Source: Macrostomum hystrix (taxonomy: Eukaryota; Animalia; Platyhelminthes). Taken from it: a stretch of DNA of 64,000 bases. Under the pieces are notes generated by a model. The model ran no database searches. It worked only from the letters and a program-made list of their open reading frames with translations, and was not told where the DNA came from. This document shows positions 14,401 through 25,912 of the stretch, one piece after another (the stretch's first letter is position 1; each line of letters opens with the position of its first letter). The stretch is from assembly GCA_950097015.1 (NCBI GenBank), contig CATNEN010000012.1, forward strand, positions 496,001-560,000, read 5' to 3'. Both the position numbers and the translations under genes were made by a program.

Positions 14401-17400
14401 TAAAGGAAAACTGGGTCAGAGATCATGTACATTCGGTAAAGGAAAACTGGGTCAGAGATCATGTACATTCGGTAAAGGAAAACTGGGTCAGAGATCATGT
14501 ACATTCGGTAAAGGAAAACTGGGTCAGAGATCATGTACATTCGGTAAAACTAGGGTTGATATAATGCACATTCGGTAAAGGAAAACTGGGTCAGAGATCA
14601 TGTACATTCGGTAAAGGAAAACTGGGTCAGAGATCATGTACATTCGGTAAAACTAGGGTTGATATAATGCACATTCGGTAAAGGAAAACTGGGTCAGAGA
14701 TCATGTACATTCGGTAAAGGAAAACTGGGTCAGAGATCATGTACATTCGGTAAAGGAAAACTGGGTCAGAGATCATGTACATTCGGTAAAACTAGGGTTG
14801 ATATAATGCACATTCGGTAAAGGAAAACTGGGTCAGAGATCATGTACATTCGGTAAAGGAAAACTGGGTCAGAGATCATGTACATTCGGTAAAGGAAAAC
14901 TGGGTCAGAGATCATGTACATTCGGTAAAACTAGGGTTGATATAATGCACATTCGGTAAAGGAAAACTGGGTCAGAGATCATGTACATTCGGTAAAGGAA
15001 AACTGGGTCAGAGATCATGTACATTCGGTAAAGGAAAACTGGGTCAGAGATCATGTACATTCGGTAAAACTAGGGTTGATATAATGCACATTCGGTAAAG
15101 GAAAACTGGGTCAGAGATCATGTACATTCGGTAAATGGAAAACTGGGTTAGAGATCATGTACATTCGGTAAAGGAAAACTGGGTTAGAGATTATGCACAT
15201 TTGATAAAGGACACTAGCAATGATCTAATTGTGTCTCACTATTAGCTTATCGAAAGCTCATTCCTCAACCTGCTTGTTTTACTAAACAAGACACGCATTT
15301 GCCGCTGAAAATTTTATGACCATGCCCTAAATGTATTACTGAGTAGAATTCGGATTTGCCGTACTGTTTCCAGTAGGTAGAATTATATTCAGTACTGAAA
15401 GGGACATTCTGTATTCCAGGCGTGCTGTTGGTTACAGTCTGTAATCTGCAATCTTTATGTGCTGTCGGGTACAGTCTGTAATCTTTATGTGCTGTTGGGT
15501 ACAGTCTGCAATCTTTATGTGCTGTCGGGTACAGTCTGTAATCTTTATGTGCTGTTGGGTACAGTCTGCAATCTTTATGTGCTGTCGGGTACAGTCTGTA
15601 ATCTTTATGTGCTGTTGGGTACAGTCTGCAATCTTTATGTGCTGTCGGGTACAGTCTGTAATCTTTATGTGCTGTTGGGTACAGTCTGCAATCTTTATGT
15701 GCTGTCGGGTACAGTCTGTAATCTTTATGTGCTGTTGGGTACAGTCTGTAGTCCATATGTGCTGTCGGGTACAGTCTGTAGTCCATATGTGCTGTCGGGT
15801 ACAGTCTGTAGTCCATATGTGCTGTTGGGTACAGTCTGCAATCGTTATGTGCTGTCGGGTACAGTCTGCAATCTTTATGTGCTGTTGGGTACAGTCTGTA
15901 ATCTTTATGTGCTGTTGGGTACAGTCTGTAATCTTTATGTGCTGTTGGGTACAGTCTGTAGTCCATATGTGCTGTCGGGTACAGTCTGTAGTCCATATGT
16001 GCTGTCGGGTACAGTCTGTAGTCCATATGTGCTGTCGGGTACAGTCTGTAGTCCATATGTGCTGTCGGGTACAGTCTGTAATCTTTATGTGCTGTTGGGT
16101 ACAGTCTGTAATCTTTATGTGCTGTCGGGTACAGTCTGCAATCTTTATGTGCTGTTGGGTACAGTCTGTAATCTTTATGTGCTGTTGGGTACAGTCTGTA
16201 ATCTTTATGTGCTGTTGGGTACAGTCTGTAGTCCATATGTGCTGTTGGGTACAGTCTGTAGTCCATATGTGCTGTTGGGTACAGTCTGTAAACCATGTGT
16301 GCGTGCCTGTCTCCAGAGAACATCAGCTATCGTCTAATGTCTATGACCGATCCATTCCACCCAGTGACGCATCGGCTGCGAAATCCCACTATGAACAACG
16401 AGGACAGCGTGGACAGCATGAAGCGAATGATGCACTGCGGCCGAGCCAACGATCAGCATGACACTGCTCACTGCATGGCGAACATGGATGAGCACGAGCT
16501 GCTCAAACGGCTGAGTCAGTCCGATCATCTCTACGAGCAGTTTGATCTGCTCTATCATCTTTACCTGACAAAGTGAGCGAATCATGCACGTCATTCTACT
16601 TTAAGTAGTTGAGTTCTATTGCGAAAGTGTGTAGATAGGAGTTGTATTCGATTAGATGGTTGTGAAGACTGGGAAGTAGATAGTCATATCCTATTAGGAA
16701 AAGGAGGTATGGACTGATTATAACCTGCCTTGGCAACCTGCTTTTAGGGGCTTGGACTACAACACTGGCTGGGACGACGACAGCGTCGGCGGCCCGACGG
16801 TGACTGTCCGCGAGCTGGTGAAGGAGCTGTACGAACGGGCCGGATCGTTCCGCCAGTGGTGGCTAGTTCGCTACACGGCCGGTATGCTGGACAAGCGGGT
16901 GGAGAAGCTACCGATGTTTCTCACCGATCTGCTGGTCAGGCAGAAGCAGGTGGGCGAGCTGCTGCCGTCTGCGTTTTCTTATTTAGCGATTCCTGAAGAC
17001 ATCCTATTAGAGAGTTTTATCCACAAGTCTCGCATCAGGGAATCCCGAAGTTTCCCTTTTGGTAATCAAATCACAGAATCTCTCATCAGGAAGTAAAATC
17101 CCGAGATCTCCCGTGAGGAAATTTACATCCCAAAATTCTACCATCAAGCAATTCCTTCTCAAAATCTCCCATCGTGGATCTTCGTTCTAGAATCTCCCAC
17201 TCATCTTAAGGCCTCGGGATTCTTGTCATCGCTGAGCCAACTCGCACCTTGCCTCGCAGGTCACGGTCGGGCCTGCCGCCGGAGCCGCGCGAGACGGTCA
17301 TCAGTTCGCCGCGCGGCGGAGCCGCCCTGGGCCAGCTGATTAGAACTGCCTGCGATGGGGATCCCACACTGGGCGTGCTCACACAGGAGCTACTGGTCTA

Positions 17401-20400
17401 CCTGAGCATGCTGGCCCGCACTGAGCCCCAGCTGCTCGCTAGCATGTACCGGATTCGGGTGGGCCTGGTCATCCAGGTCATGGGCTCCGAGATGGCCAGG
17501 GCGCTGAACATCTCCGGTGAGACTGCTCTGCGAGACCTCGCTCTCCGTTCCCCAGTCCCGATCCGCATTCATTCCCCTAGCCCTAATCCCTAAAATCCCC
17601 ATCGATTCCCCCAAACCTAAATCCTCACTGATTTCCCCAAGCCTAAATCCTCACTCATTCCCCCAAACACAAGTCTAACTGCTCACTTATTCTCACTATC
17701 AGTGTGAAGATAGTTTGCATTCTTATCCCCAAAATCCACCCAGCTGAGGAGGCCACGGAGCAGCTGCTCGGCCTGAGTCCGTTCAAGATGAAGACACTGC
17801 TGCATCACATTCTCAGCGGCAAGGAGTTCCATGCGGAGTACTGTGAGTAGTGCAGTAGGGCTCTGTATTGAGTTTTTTTTTTCTATCGTCCTCCTTGTCT
17901 AACTATTGCAGTACAGCTGACCCGAGTACAAACCAATCCCATCTCCCCTCTGCCTGCCGCTGCTCAACTCTCTCTCTATCCCCCTGGCGTGTTTGTTGTG
18001 CCTAGCTCAGCCACACGGCTTATCTTGCTGCCATGACAACACTGGGCTGTGGAGAAGGAGAGAGCGAGAGAGACAGTCGCTGTCCGTGCGAGTCCGGTCT
18101 AATTTTAGCTAGAGTATAGGCCCGGGTGTGTTTAGTTCGACAATGTTGCATAAGCTCTGCTACTAACTGCGAGATATTGTAATGATCAATTAGTGTGAGA
18201 CTGTTGAAACAGGGATATTTCAGTTGGCAGTGTTTTGCTAATTCTTCCGTTTTTTTAAGTGAGCTCAATTTGTAAACAAACCTGCGTTAATACAAACCTT
18301 CAAATCCACTTATCGATTTTTTAAATCTCAAAATTCAGCTGGAGACGAGCAAATCACGTTGGAGGTGAGCTAACAATGGCGCTGCTTTAGCGCCTCACTT
18401 TCATTGTTCCTTGTTGTGTCTGCTGCATGGGTAGTTTAAGTAGTTTATCTGCACATCTAATATGCATGGTCTAATCTAAGTGTTGAAGCTAACAATGCAT
18501 TTTCATACTTATTCACATTTTCTACTCCTACGAAAACTTACTCCCTCCCGCGAAATCTCACTCCTTCTCACGATATCGATACCTGTCAGCGAAATTTCAC
18601 CCCTTTTGACGAAATCTCAATCCTTTCGTTCAAATACGTCTTATTTCTACGAAAAATCACTCCTTCCTACCAAATGTCACTCCCTTTCCTATAAAATCTC
18701 TCTCCTTCTCACGAAATCCCATTCATTCCCACGAAATCTCACTCCCTTCCAATAAAGTTCACTTCTTTCCAAGAAATCTCACTCCTTTCCAAAAAGTCTC
18801 ACTCCTTTCCAAGAAATCTTACTCCGTTCGAAGAAAATTCACTCCTCCTCAAGAAATCTCACTCCTTTCCAAGAAATCTCACTCCTTTCCAAGAAAATTC
18901 ACTCCTCCTCAAGAAATCTCACTCCTTTCCAAGAAATCTCACTCCTTTCCAAGAAATCTCACTCCTTTCCAAGAAATCTCACTCCTTTCCAAGAAATCTC
19001 ACTCCTTTCCAAGAAATCTCACTCCTTTCCAAGAAATCTCACTCCTTCTCAAGAAATCTCACTCTTTCCTATGAATTCTCAGTCCATCTGTTATCGCTCA
19101 CCTAGAAATGCTAGTTAGCCAGGAAACACTTTGATCTGCTAGCTGTGATTCTAGACAAAGTTTCACTTCTTAAAGTTCTGAAATCACTCAAATATGTTCA
19201 TTTTTTCTTAATGTCATTCTATTCAGAATCTTGCCTGAATCAATTCCTGAGTTGTGGCTCTGATGATAATGATTCGCTAGATTACTTACTCACTTGTGAA
19301 GCACTGATATTCTCTATCCTGTCTCTCCTTAATGCTATAGATTAACAATGCGAGTTTACAATAGTGTACTTCCAGTTTTCTTTGCTTTGCTGTGTCTAAT
19401 GTATTTCTTTACCTAACAAAACTTTTGCAACCCGCTGATTAATTTACATTCTGCTTAATTTATTCTCTAATACACATCGAAATTACTAATTTATTATTTT
19501 TTACTTTATATATACATATAGGTATATATGTATACCTGCCCTTTTATTCTGCTCTGTCCCAATTAAGACACAGTTCTTGTATGATTTATGGCTGTGATAT
19601 TTGTCTTCGGTGATACTCGTATGTTTCTTATTTCTTATGTGATTTCCTCATGATAATTTGCTAACTTATTGATAGGATTTAGTTTTTAACCAAGCTGTCT
19701 GTTCTTTGCTTTAAATATCCCTCAGGTGGTCTGGTTTACATGACAGTTCCCCAATAGTGCTCGGGTCGATAATTGTCTCGGACAATTAGATTGAGAATCC
19801 CATTCAGATTGATAATCTTATTCAGATTGATAATCTCATTCAGATTGATAATCCCATTCAGATTGATAATCTCATTCAGATTGATAATCCCATTCAGATT
19901 GATAATCTCATTCAGGTTGATAATCTCATTCAGGTTGATAATCTCATTCAGGTTGATAATCTCATTCAGATTGATAATCCCATTCAGATTGATAATCCCA
20001 TTCAGATTGATAATCTCATTCAGATTGATAATCTCATTCAGATTGATAATCTCATTCAGATTGATAATCTCATTCAGGTTGATAATCTCATTCAGATTGA
20101 TAATCCCATTCAGATTGATAATCTTATTCAGGTTGATAATCTCATTCAGATTGATAATCCCATTCAGATTGATAATCTTATTCAGATTGATAATCTCATT
20201 TCAGATTGATAATCCCATTCAGATCAATAATCCCATTCAGATCAATAATCCCATTCAGATCAATAATCCCATTCAGATCAATAATCCCATTCAGATCAAT
20301 AATCCGATTCAGATCAATAATCCCATTCAGATCAATAATCCCATTCAGATCAATAATCCCATTCAGATCAATAATCCCATTCAGATCAATAATCCCATTC

Positions 20401-21342
20401 AGATCAATAATCCCATTCAGATACATAATTCACGTCGTGTTAACTGACTGTCAGGTGCTCTGGTAATCTATTAGATGATGCACTCAGGTGCTCAAATAGG
20501 TATTTCTTAGCTTGTTAAAAGCTTCTTAGCTTGCTTAGTCAGACTATGAACTAACTATCATTGTCATTTCGTCACTCCCTCAGTCGGACACTCGCGTCCT
20601 AGACTTTCGCCCACGCAGTTCCACCATGGAAGGCGCCGCCGGTTCGGGCGGGGGAGGCGCCGGGCAGCACCATCCGGCCCAGACTGCCGAGGCCCGGCTC
20701 AGCCAGACCATGAGCTCCGACCGGCGAGGCCAGTGGCTCCGGCGTCGCCGCATCGACGGCGCCCTGAACCGGGTTCCCGCCGGCTTCTACCGCCGAATGT
20801 GGCGCCTGCTGGAATACACGGAGGGTGTCAGCATCTACGGCCAGATCATTGGCCAGTACCTCACCAGGGAGATGACCGCCGGCGAAGTGAAATTCGCTCT
20901 GCACGTGGAAGCGATGATCACCGCCGTCCCGGTGCCGGAGTATCGTCAGCTGATTGTTGAAGCTCTCAGCCTGCTGATCCGCCTGCCCGACTGCGACCAG
21001 CTGCAGCGGGTGGACCTTCGCCGAATCCTGCCAGTTGAGCAGCTGGTCCACCGGGCCAACTATGCCTTCTTGAGCGACCAGCTCAGCCACGGCGGCGACG
21101 CCTGCAGTTGCTGCGCAGTTGCGGACAGAATCGAGCATCTGCTGCACCAGGACACCTGGCATCGGCCGGCTGCGGCGATGGCTCCCTGCGGCGGCGCCTG
21201 CGGAATTTGCGCGCATTTCTACGATACGGCGCCGAGCGGACGGTTCGGTACAATGACCTATCTGCTTCGAGCCCTGCCGGATGTCATTCAGCTGCCAGAG
21301 GACGAGGACGGCATGCTGGGCCTCGAGTGTCCAGTGCAGTGA
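5463..21342 (+). CDS. PHKA: Phosphorylase b kinase regulatory subunit alpha, multi-exon, about 1300 aa, C-terminal CaaX (CPVQ)
   Basis: Exons with GT-AG ends and compatible phases: 5463-5750, 6155-6729, 7374-7827, 8874-9358, 11770-11849, 12049-12309, 12395-12439, 13519-13635, 16317-16572, 16748-16949, 17260-17516 (one extra G), 17744-17842, 18339-18364, 20584-21342. Recognised PHKA motifs: RQADK|[23 protein letters not shown]|[67 protein letters not shown]. The start-codon exon was not firmly located. Confidence 0.95.
5776..6150. repeat. 18-bp minisatellite (CCACCAGACACGCATTGT) filling a PHKA intron
   Basis: Tandem units lie inside intron 5751-6154 and end at the acceptor. Confidence 0.92.
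6770..7320. repeat. Degenerate ATCCT/ATCCC low-complexity tract in a PHKA intron
   Basis: G-poor sequence with recurrent (C/T)ATCC motifs within intron 6730-7373. Confidence 0.7.
8105..8775. repeat. 30-bp minisatellite (GGATAACTAGACCCTAGAATCTTGATAAAT), intronic
   Basis: About 21 units, two per 60-nt line; degenerate versions flank the array. Confidence 0.96.
9368..11608. repeat. 18-bp minisatellite (CTCTGATCCCAATCCTTA and variants), about 125 copies, intronic
   Basis: Starts about 10 nt after the GTGAGT donor at 9359; the TTCTTT variant becomes more frequent towards the 3' end. Confidence 0.97.
12905..13350. repeat. 43-bp minisatellite (GTGCCTTCTCACACCTATCCATCATGAGGATTGGGTCATAGCA), about 10 copies, intronic
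   Basis: Tandem units directly visible. Confidence 0.95.
14020..15200. repeat. Composite minisatellite of interspersed 36-bp and 31-bp units sharing CATTCGGTAAA, intronic
   Basis: Units CATTCGGTAAAGGAAAACTGGGTCAGAGATCATGTA and CATTCGGTAAAACTAGGGTTGATATAATGCA. Confidence 0.95.
15432..16291. repeat. 30-bp minisatellite (ATCTTTATGTGCTGTYGGGTACAGTCTGYA), about 28 copies, intronic
   Basis: Tandem units ending about 25 nt before the acceptor at 16316. Confidence 0.96.
18520..19070. repeat. 20-bp minisatellite (AAGAAATCTCACTCCTTTCC) with a degenerate 5' lead-in, intronic
   Basis: Homogeneous core at about 18770-19060; degenerate copies from about 18520. Confidence 0.9.
19790..20425. repeat. 18-bp minisatellite (TTCAGATTGATAATCYCA switching to TTCAGATCAATAATCCCA), intronic
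   Basis: Tandem units with a subtype switch near 20200-20220. Confidence 0.95.
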
Positions 21343-23902
21343 CTGCTCGGTAACTCTGAACTGCGCAGGAAATTTCAGTCAGTATTTTTTTCTAAATCTC
21401 TGTACACGTCTACGATTGTATTCTCCGTAACGAGCTCTTTCTATCCTGTCTGTATTTTATAATTCTATGTTTTCTAAAATCAAGTTGAAATGTTTGCTTC
21501 ATCGTTTTTGTCTATTTTTTACTACTAACAGCCGCACCGCATTGACTCCACTTCAAAATTAATATCATTCTCATCCAATCGGCGTCGTCCAGATCGACCC
21601 CAGCCTAGTGTATATTTCTCCTATCCTTTCGCAGAGTCGTCAACCAATCAGCGACATCTGCAGCAACCCCATACTCTATTTGTTTTTCGCACTCGTCTAG
21701 ACTGGCTAGCCAATCAGCGTCAGCCGCACCAACCTCACTCCAAGGTCTTGATCGCCTTCTTTTAAATAGTTTTTTATAATCGATGAAGTTAGAAATAGAA
21801 AATAATCCTCACTGCTTTATGTGAACACAAATTTGTGAACAGCTTTTGTTTCAAATTCAAGCAAAAAAATTAGCGCGTTGAGCATAAAATTGTATATATT
21901 TTCTTGTGATTTTTTCTTTCCTTTTAGCGCCGTCTCTGTCCATGAACTTGTTTCCCTTTTGAAAAAGAAGATGTTTTGTTTGAAATAATATGCTTGGCGC
22001 GGAAACCTTGTACACTGCTCCATGTTTATATTATTAGCTCGCTTTAAACAAACACCATCTTGCGCGGATCTACTCACCCCAGTACAGCTAAATTGGTCTC
22101 AGCGAAATGGCAGTGTGATATTAAATGATTGTGTGTTTCAAATTAGAATTTTTTTTTTGTTTTTTCCCTTTGAATTTTTTTGTTAACAAGATCATGCTTG
22201 TTTCTGTAAAAAAAGTTACTTGCTCCAACCCTTGTTGCTTTTATTGCGTTAATAAATAGGTTTACACACTTTCTCTTTCATTGCTGCATGATTGGTTGGT
22301 TGCGTTTTCCAAATTGTCCAAACCGGACTCGCTGTCTTGCTCCACAATTTAGCCTTACATCTGTTTTTCATTGTTTGTTGTTCATTTAGCTTTTGATAAA
22401 AAGGATTATCTGTTTGCATTGATATACAATGAAACATGGACTTTTGAGTTTAGCTCCACCTGGCACCTAAATCGGCTCTGTGAATCATCTGTCAGTTATA
22501 TTTTCATGAGGCCATTTAGTATTAATTTACTATTTATACTACCCTCTTATTGACTTAGGACTAATTTGTTCTCAGAAAATGTCAAGCTTCTGTATCAGAA
22601 CTCAGCTTTCACCGTGTAGCTACATTTGCCGAGCAAACATATTCTTGTTTGTTTTGTCTGCCTTTTTTAATCTAACCTGTTTGCTCTTTTGCTCATCTCA
22701 AATAGGCTTTGATATTGAATAGAAAATTTACTAATCACTCATAAATTCGACACAATTACACAAGTATCTAGCGATTAGATCTAATTGAAAATAATATTCT
22801 TATTCAGTTTCATTGTTTCAAGTTCTGAAGTCTATTTATTTCTTTGTGACGGGAGAAAATGTTTGTTTTATCGGATTGAACACTTGACGTATACATGTAC
22901 GTAACAAACTTTTGTTATTGCTTATCTGACCTTCGATTCATTCTAATATGAGCCTCCACTACAGTCCAAATTGAATTTGCTGTGCTTAGAAGGCTGGGCA
23001 CTGATAATAATTGTTGAGCTGAGAATTATGCTGGCAAGCTGCAACTGTTCACTCTCGAACTCTAATGAATATTGGTGGCATTTAAACAAAGAACATTCGA
23101 CATTAAACTGAATCAGCAATATTTAAATTTGATTATGTGACTGAAAATATGCAAATAGCTGACACAGTAGCATGCAAGTAGCTATGGTTGCACAAATTGT
23201 AGTAAAATACATTTTAATATATTTCCCTTTTAAGACACAAACTTAGTAAAGCTTTTAGTTGTGAAGCAGCAAAGGCAGAAAAAACACAAACATACATTAA
23301 TCAATCATATGAAAATTGGAAACCTTAATTATGTCTCTAATTCTGTTCACTAACAAATTGTTTACCAACTATACTTTGGGCTTGTGCTTTTAACAGGGCC
23401 AAGTCTTTAACTTTGCATTGCCTTGACACATATTTTAAACTAAACAGGACTAGGTAGTTAATTCTGAATACATTATATATTATGTTATATACCATTACAT
23501 GACTATATAATTTTACTATTTAAAAATAGAGTTTTTTATTTCTTTTAGCATAGCATTTTTGTTTAAACTGTATTCCAATTTTTTGCTAACTAAAAATGAC
23601 ACCCAGATAATGACTGCTTGGTTTTTAAGCAATCTGCTTTTTAATAGTGTATTGTAAAAACATGATAATTGTTCACTGAATCGGCATGCAATTAAAGTTG
23701 GCATATTTTACAGAAAATATAGCTTAAAATCTCCATCCATGATCTAGTGGTAATTCTATTACTTCAACTATGTTTGAGATAATAACAGAAATGACACCAT
23801 TATATGAAAAATCATCTTTAAAAGATGGCACTCAAGACTAAAGCAACCTCACTTAAATTTGGTGCATCATCGAACTGGTAAATGGAATGTATATACGACA
23901 GG

Positions 23903-24619
23903 CTATAGTAGCATGCACGCCTTAGTCTGCACTTGGTTGGCATTAGTGTTGGATAATTGTGAGTTCTGAAGCCGACTCGGCGTGGCTCCTTGTCCGGCTG
24001 AACTTCGCGAAACAGCGTTGCCAATTTCAGCTTTGACGACGCCTTTCTGCTGATCAATGTCGCTCTGTCGAAGGGTCACTTTCAGAATGGCGGCTGCTAC
24101 CTTTAGAAACATCGAATTCACAGAATCGCCCGTCTTTGCAGAAGTGAAATGACTAGACAGTCCCTTTTCTTGACAAAGTTTATCGTGCCGATCTGCTTTG
24201 ACTGTTCTCAGATGCTCCAGATCAATCTTGTTGCCGACTAGCGCGAAATGTGGATTTTTCGAAGGATCAATCATCTTCTTAGCTGAAGTTAGCCAATCTT
24301 CCAAGTTCTCAAAGCTTGAGAAGTTGGTGATGTCGTAAACCAGTACAACTCCATCTGCATTATACAAGTATTTGTCCAACATGCTTCCACCGAGAGTCTG
24401 ACCTCCAATGTCCCACACTTGAAGAGTTACTTCTGTATTTCCAGGCAACACGATTTTCTTCATGAAGAAGTCCACGCCAATTGTTTGGCGGTAGTCTTTT
24501 CCAAATAGGTCTTGAGCATATCGGCACGTGAGAGAAGTTTTTCCTGAAGAACCATCGCCAATAACAACGATCTTTAATTGAACACTAGGCTTATAGTCTT
24601 CGTCATCTGAATCTGCCAT
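23903..24619 (-). CDS. RAB28: Ras-related small GTPase Rab-28, intronless CDS, CaaX CMLL
   Basis: [17 protein letters not shown]-loop, [10 protein letters not shown] effector loop, Rab28-diagnostic [10 protein letters not shown] (instead of WDTAGQE), GNKID, TSAKTG, acidic N-terminus (DSDDED). Confidence 0.95.
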   Translation of the reverse strand: MADSDDEDYKPSVQLKIVVIGDGSSGKTSLTCRYAQDLFGKDYRQTIGVDFFMKKIVLPGNTEVTLQVWDIGGQTLGGSMLDKYLYNADGVVLVYDITNFSSFENLEDWLTSAKKMIDPSKNPHFALVGNKIDLEHLRTVKADRHDKLCQEKGLSSHFTSAKTGDSVNSMFLKVAAAILKVTLRQSDIDQQKGVVKAEIGNAVSRSSAGQGATPSRLQNSQLSNTNANQVQTKACMLL

Positions 24620-25912
24620 GTCTACTTGTGTCGCACGTTCGCAAAAAGCTCCGTAAAACTGGTTGTGAAAAATGTAGAAAAAAAATTGTGTTGAATCTTC
24701 TGTTTGTAAATATCTCCATAGAACTGATATAATGTCGTAAATTACGAAAACCCGTAAAAGTTTGATTGCTTTTTATATATATAGATGGACACGATCTTCA
24801 GCTGTGTCAAGGAAATCAAATTAACAATTTCAACTACAACTTTTCATTCATCTTTTTCCTACATTTGAATTCCTCGTGGATAATTTTTCTCATTTTAAGC
24901 TTGCCAACTACGTAATGCATTTTATCACGGTTGCTATTGTAGTGGCTTAATTAGTATACATTATTGTATAAAAAGACTGCTGAATAACATTTTTCTTGCA
25001 GTTGCCAGTTTCTGATTTATACGATTATAAGGGAACTGATAGACTGTTGCTTTAATATTAAAGCAAATTAAATATATCCTGCTATTGTTGTAAACTGGTC
25101 TCATGGCCTACTTTACGCTACAGAAAACACAGGGGGATGTGCTGTGCAAGACAGTTGCAATTATTTACTTTAAGAAAAAGAAATATTTACTTTATAATTA
25201 TATGTATTCTTATTTTACTTGTGTATTTGCCACATTCGCAAAATACTACTGTCTATATTTACCTATTAACTCTGTCGAATGAGATACATCTATTCCATCA
25301 CTCATTGTAGATAGACAGGTGTGATGGATACTAAAAGTATCCATTACAGCATGAAAAGGCTATTTTAGCATAATCAATCGCGTCGAAACAACTTTTTGAA
25401 GCTTCATTTTTAAGCAATCAACAAAGCCACAAATACATTATTTGAGTAAATTTGAACGCACTCGGTAAGATTGGGATATGATGACCATATATATTTGAAT
25501 TATTATATTTTATATCATATATTTTTACCTCTCCTACCTTACCTTACCTACAGTACATAACACAAACAAACAAATTATAACACAAATTATTTACAAACAT
25601 AATTTCGTTTTTGTTTTTTTCGGATGGTCTTAAAAAACCACTGCGACAGACAAAATTAAATTTCCATACTTAGTAAGTAAACTATTGTGTCAATTCAAAC
25701 TGTAATCAGCTATATAAAAATGACGAATTAACGCAACAAAAATATTAGTGCAATCGAGCAAAGAAGAAATCGCGTGGAAATATTGGCGAGTATGGCAGCA
25801 TTAAAACAAATTAAACTGTGGAAAGAAAATCAAGAAATTAATAAATTACACTTCCAAAGAATCAATAACGACGCGAAAATGATCAATGCCTTCCAAATCC
25901 TAATTCCAATGC

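Noticed and set aside
15265-16461. Overlapping repeat ORFs on both strands, and similar ORFs at 8103, 19773, 31395-32804, 40777, 46056-47424, 54218 and 54994
   Set aside because: They arise from tandem units lacking stops. There is no unique domain, and several frames are open at once.
19726-19760. Extra PHKA exon after the CCCTCAG acceptor-like site
   Set aside because: In-frame TGA within 6 codons; the 18364-to-20584 junction already preserves frame.
21342-23903. Functional link between the convergent CaaX-ending genes PHKA and RAB28
   Set aside because: Both prenylation motifs are expected family features, and adjacency alone is not evidence.
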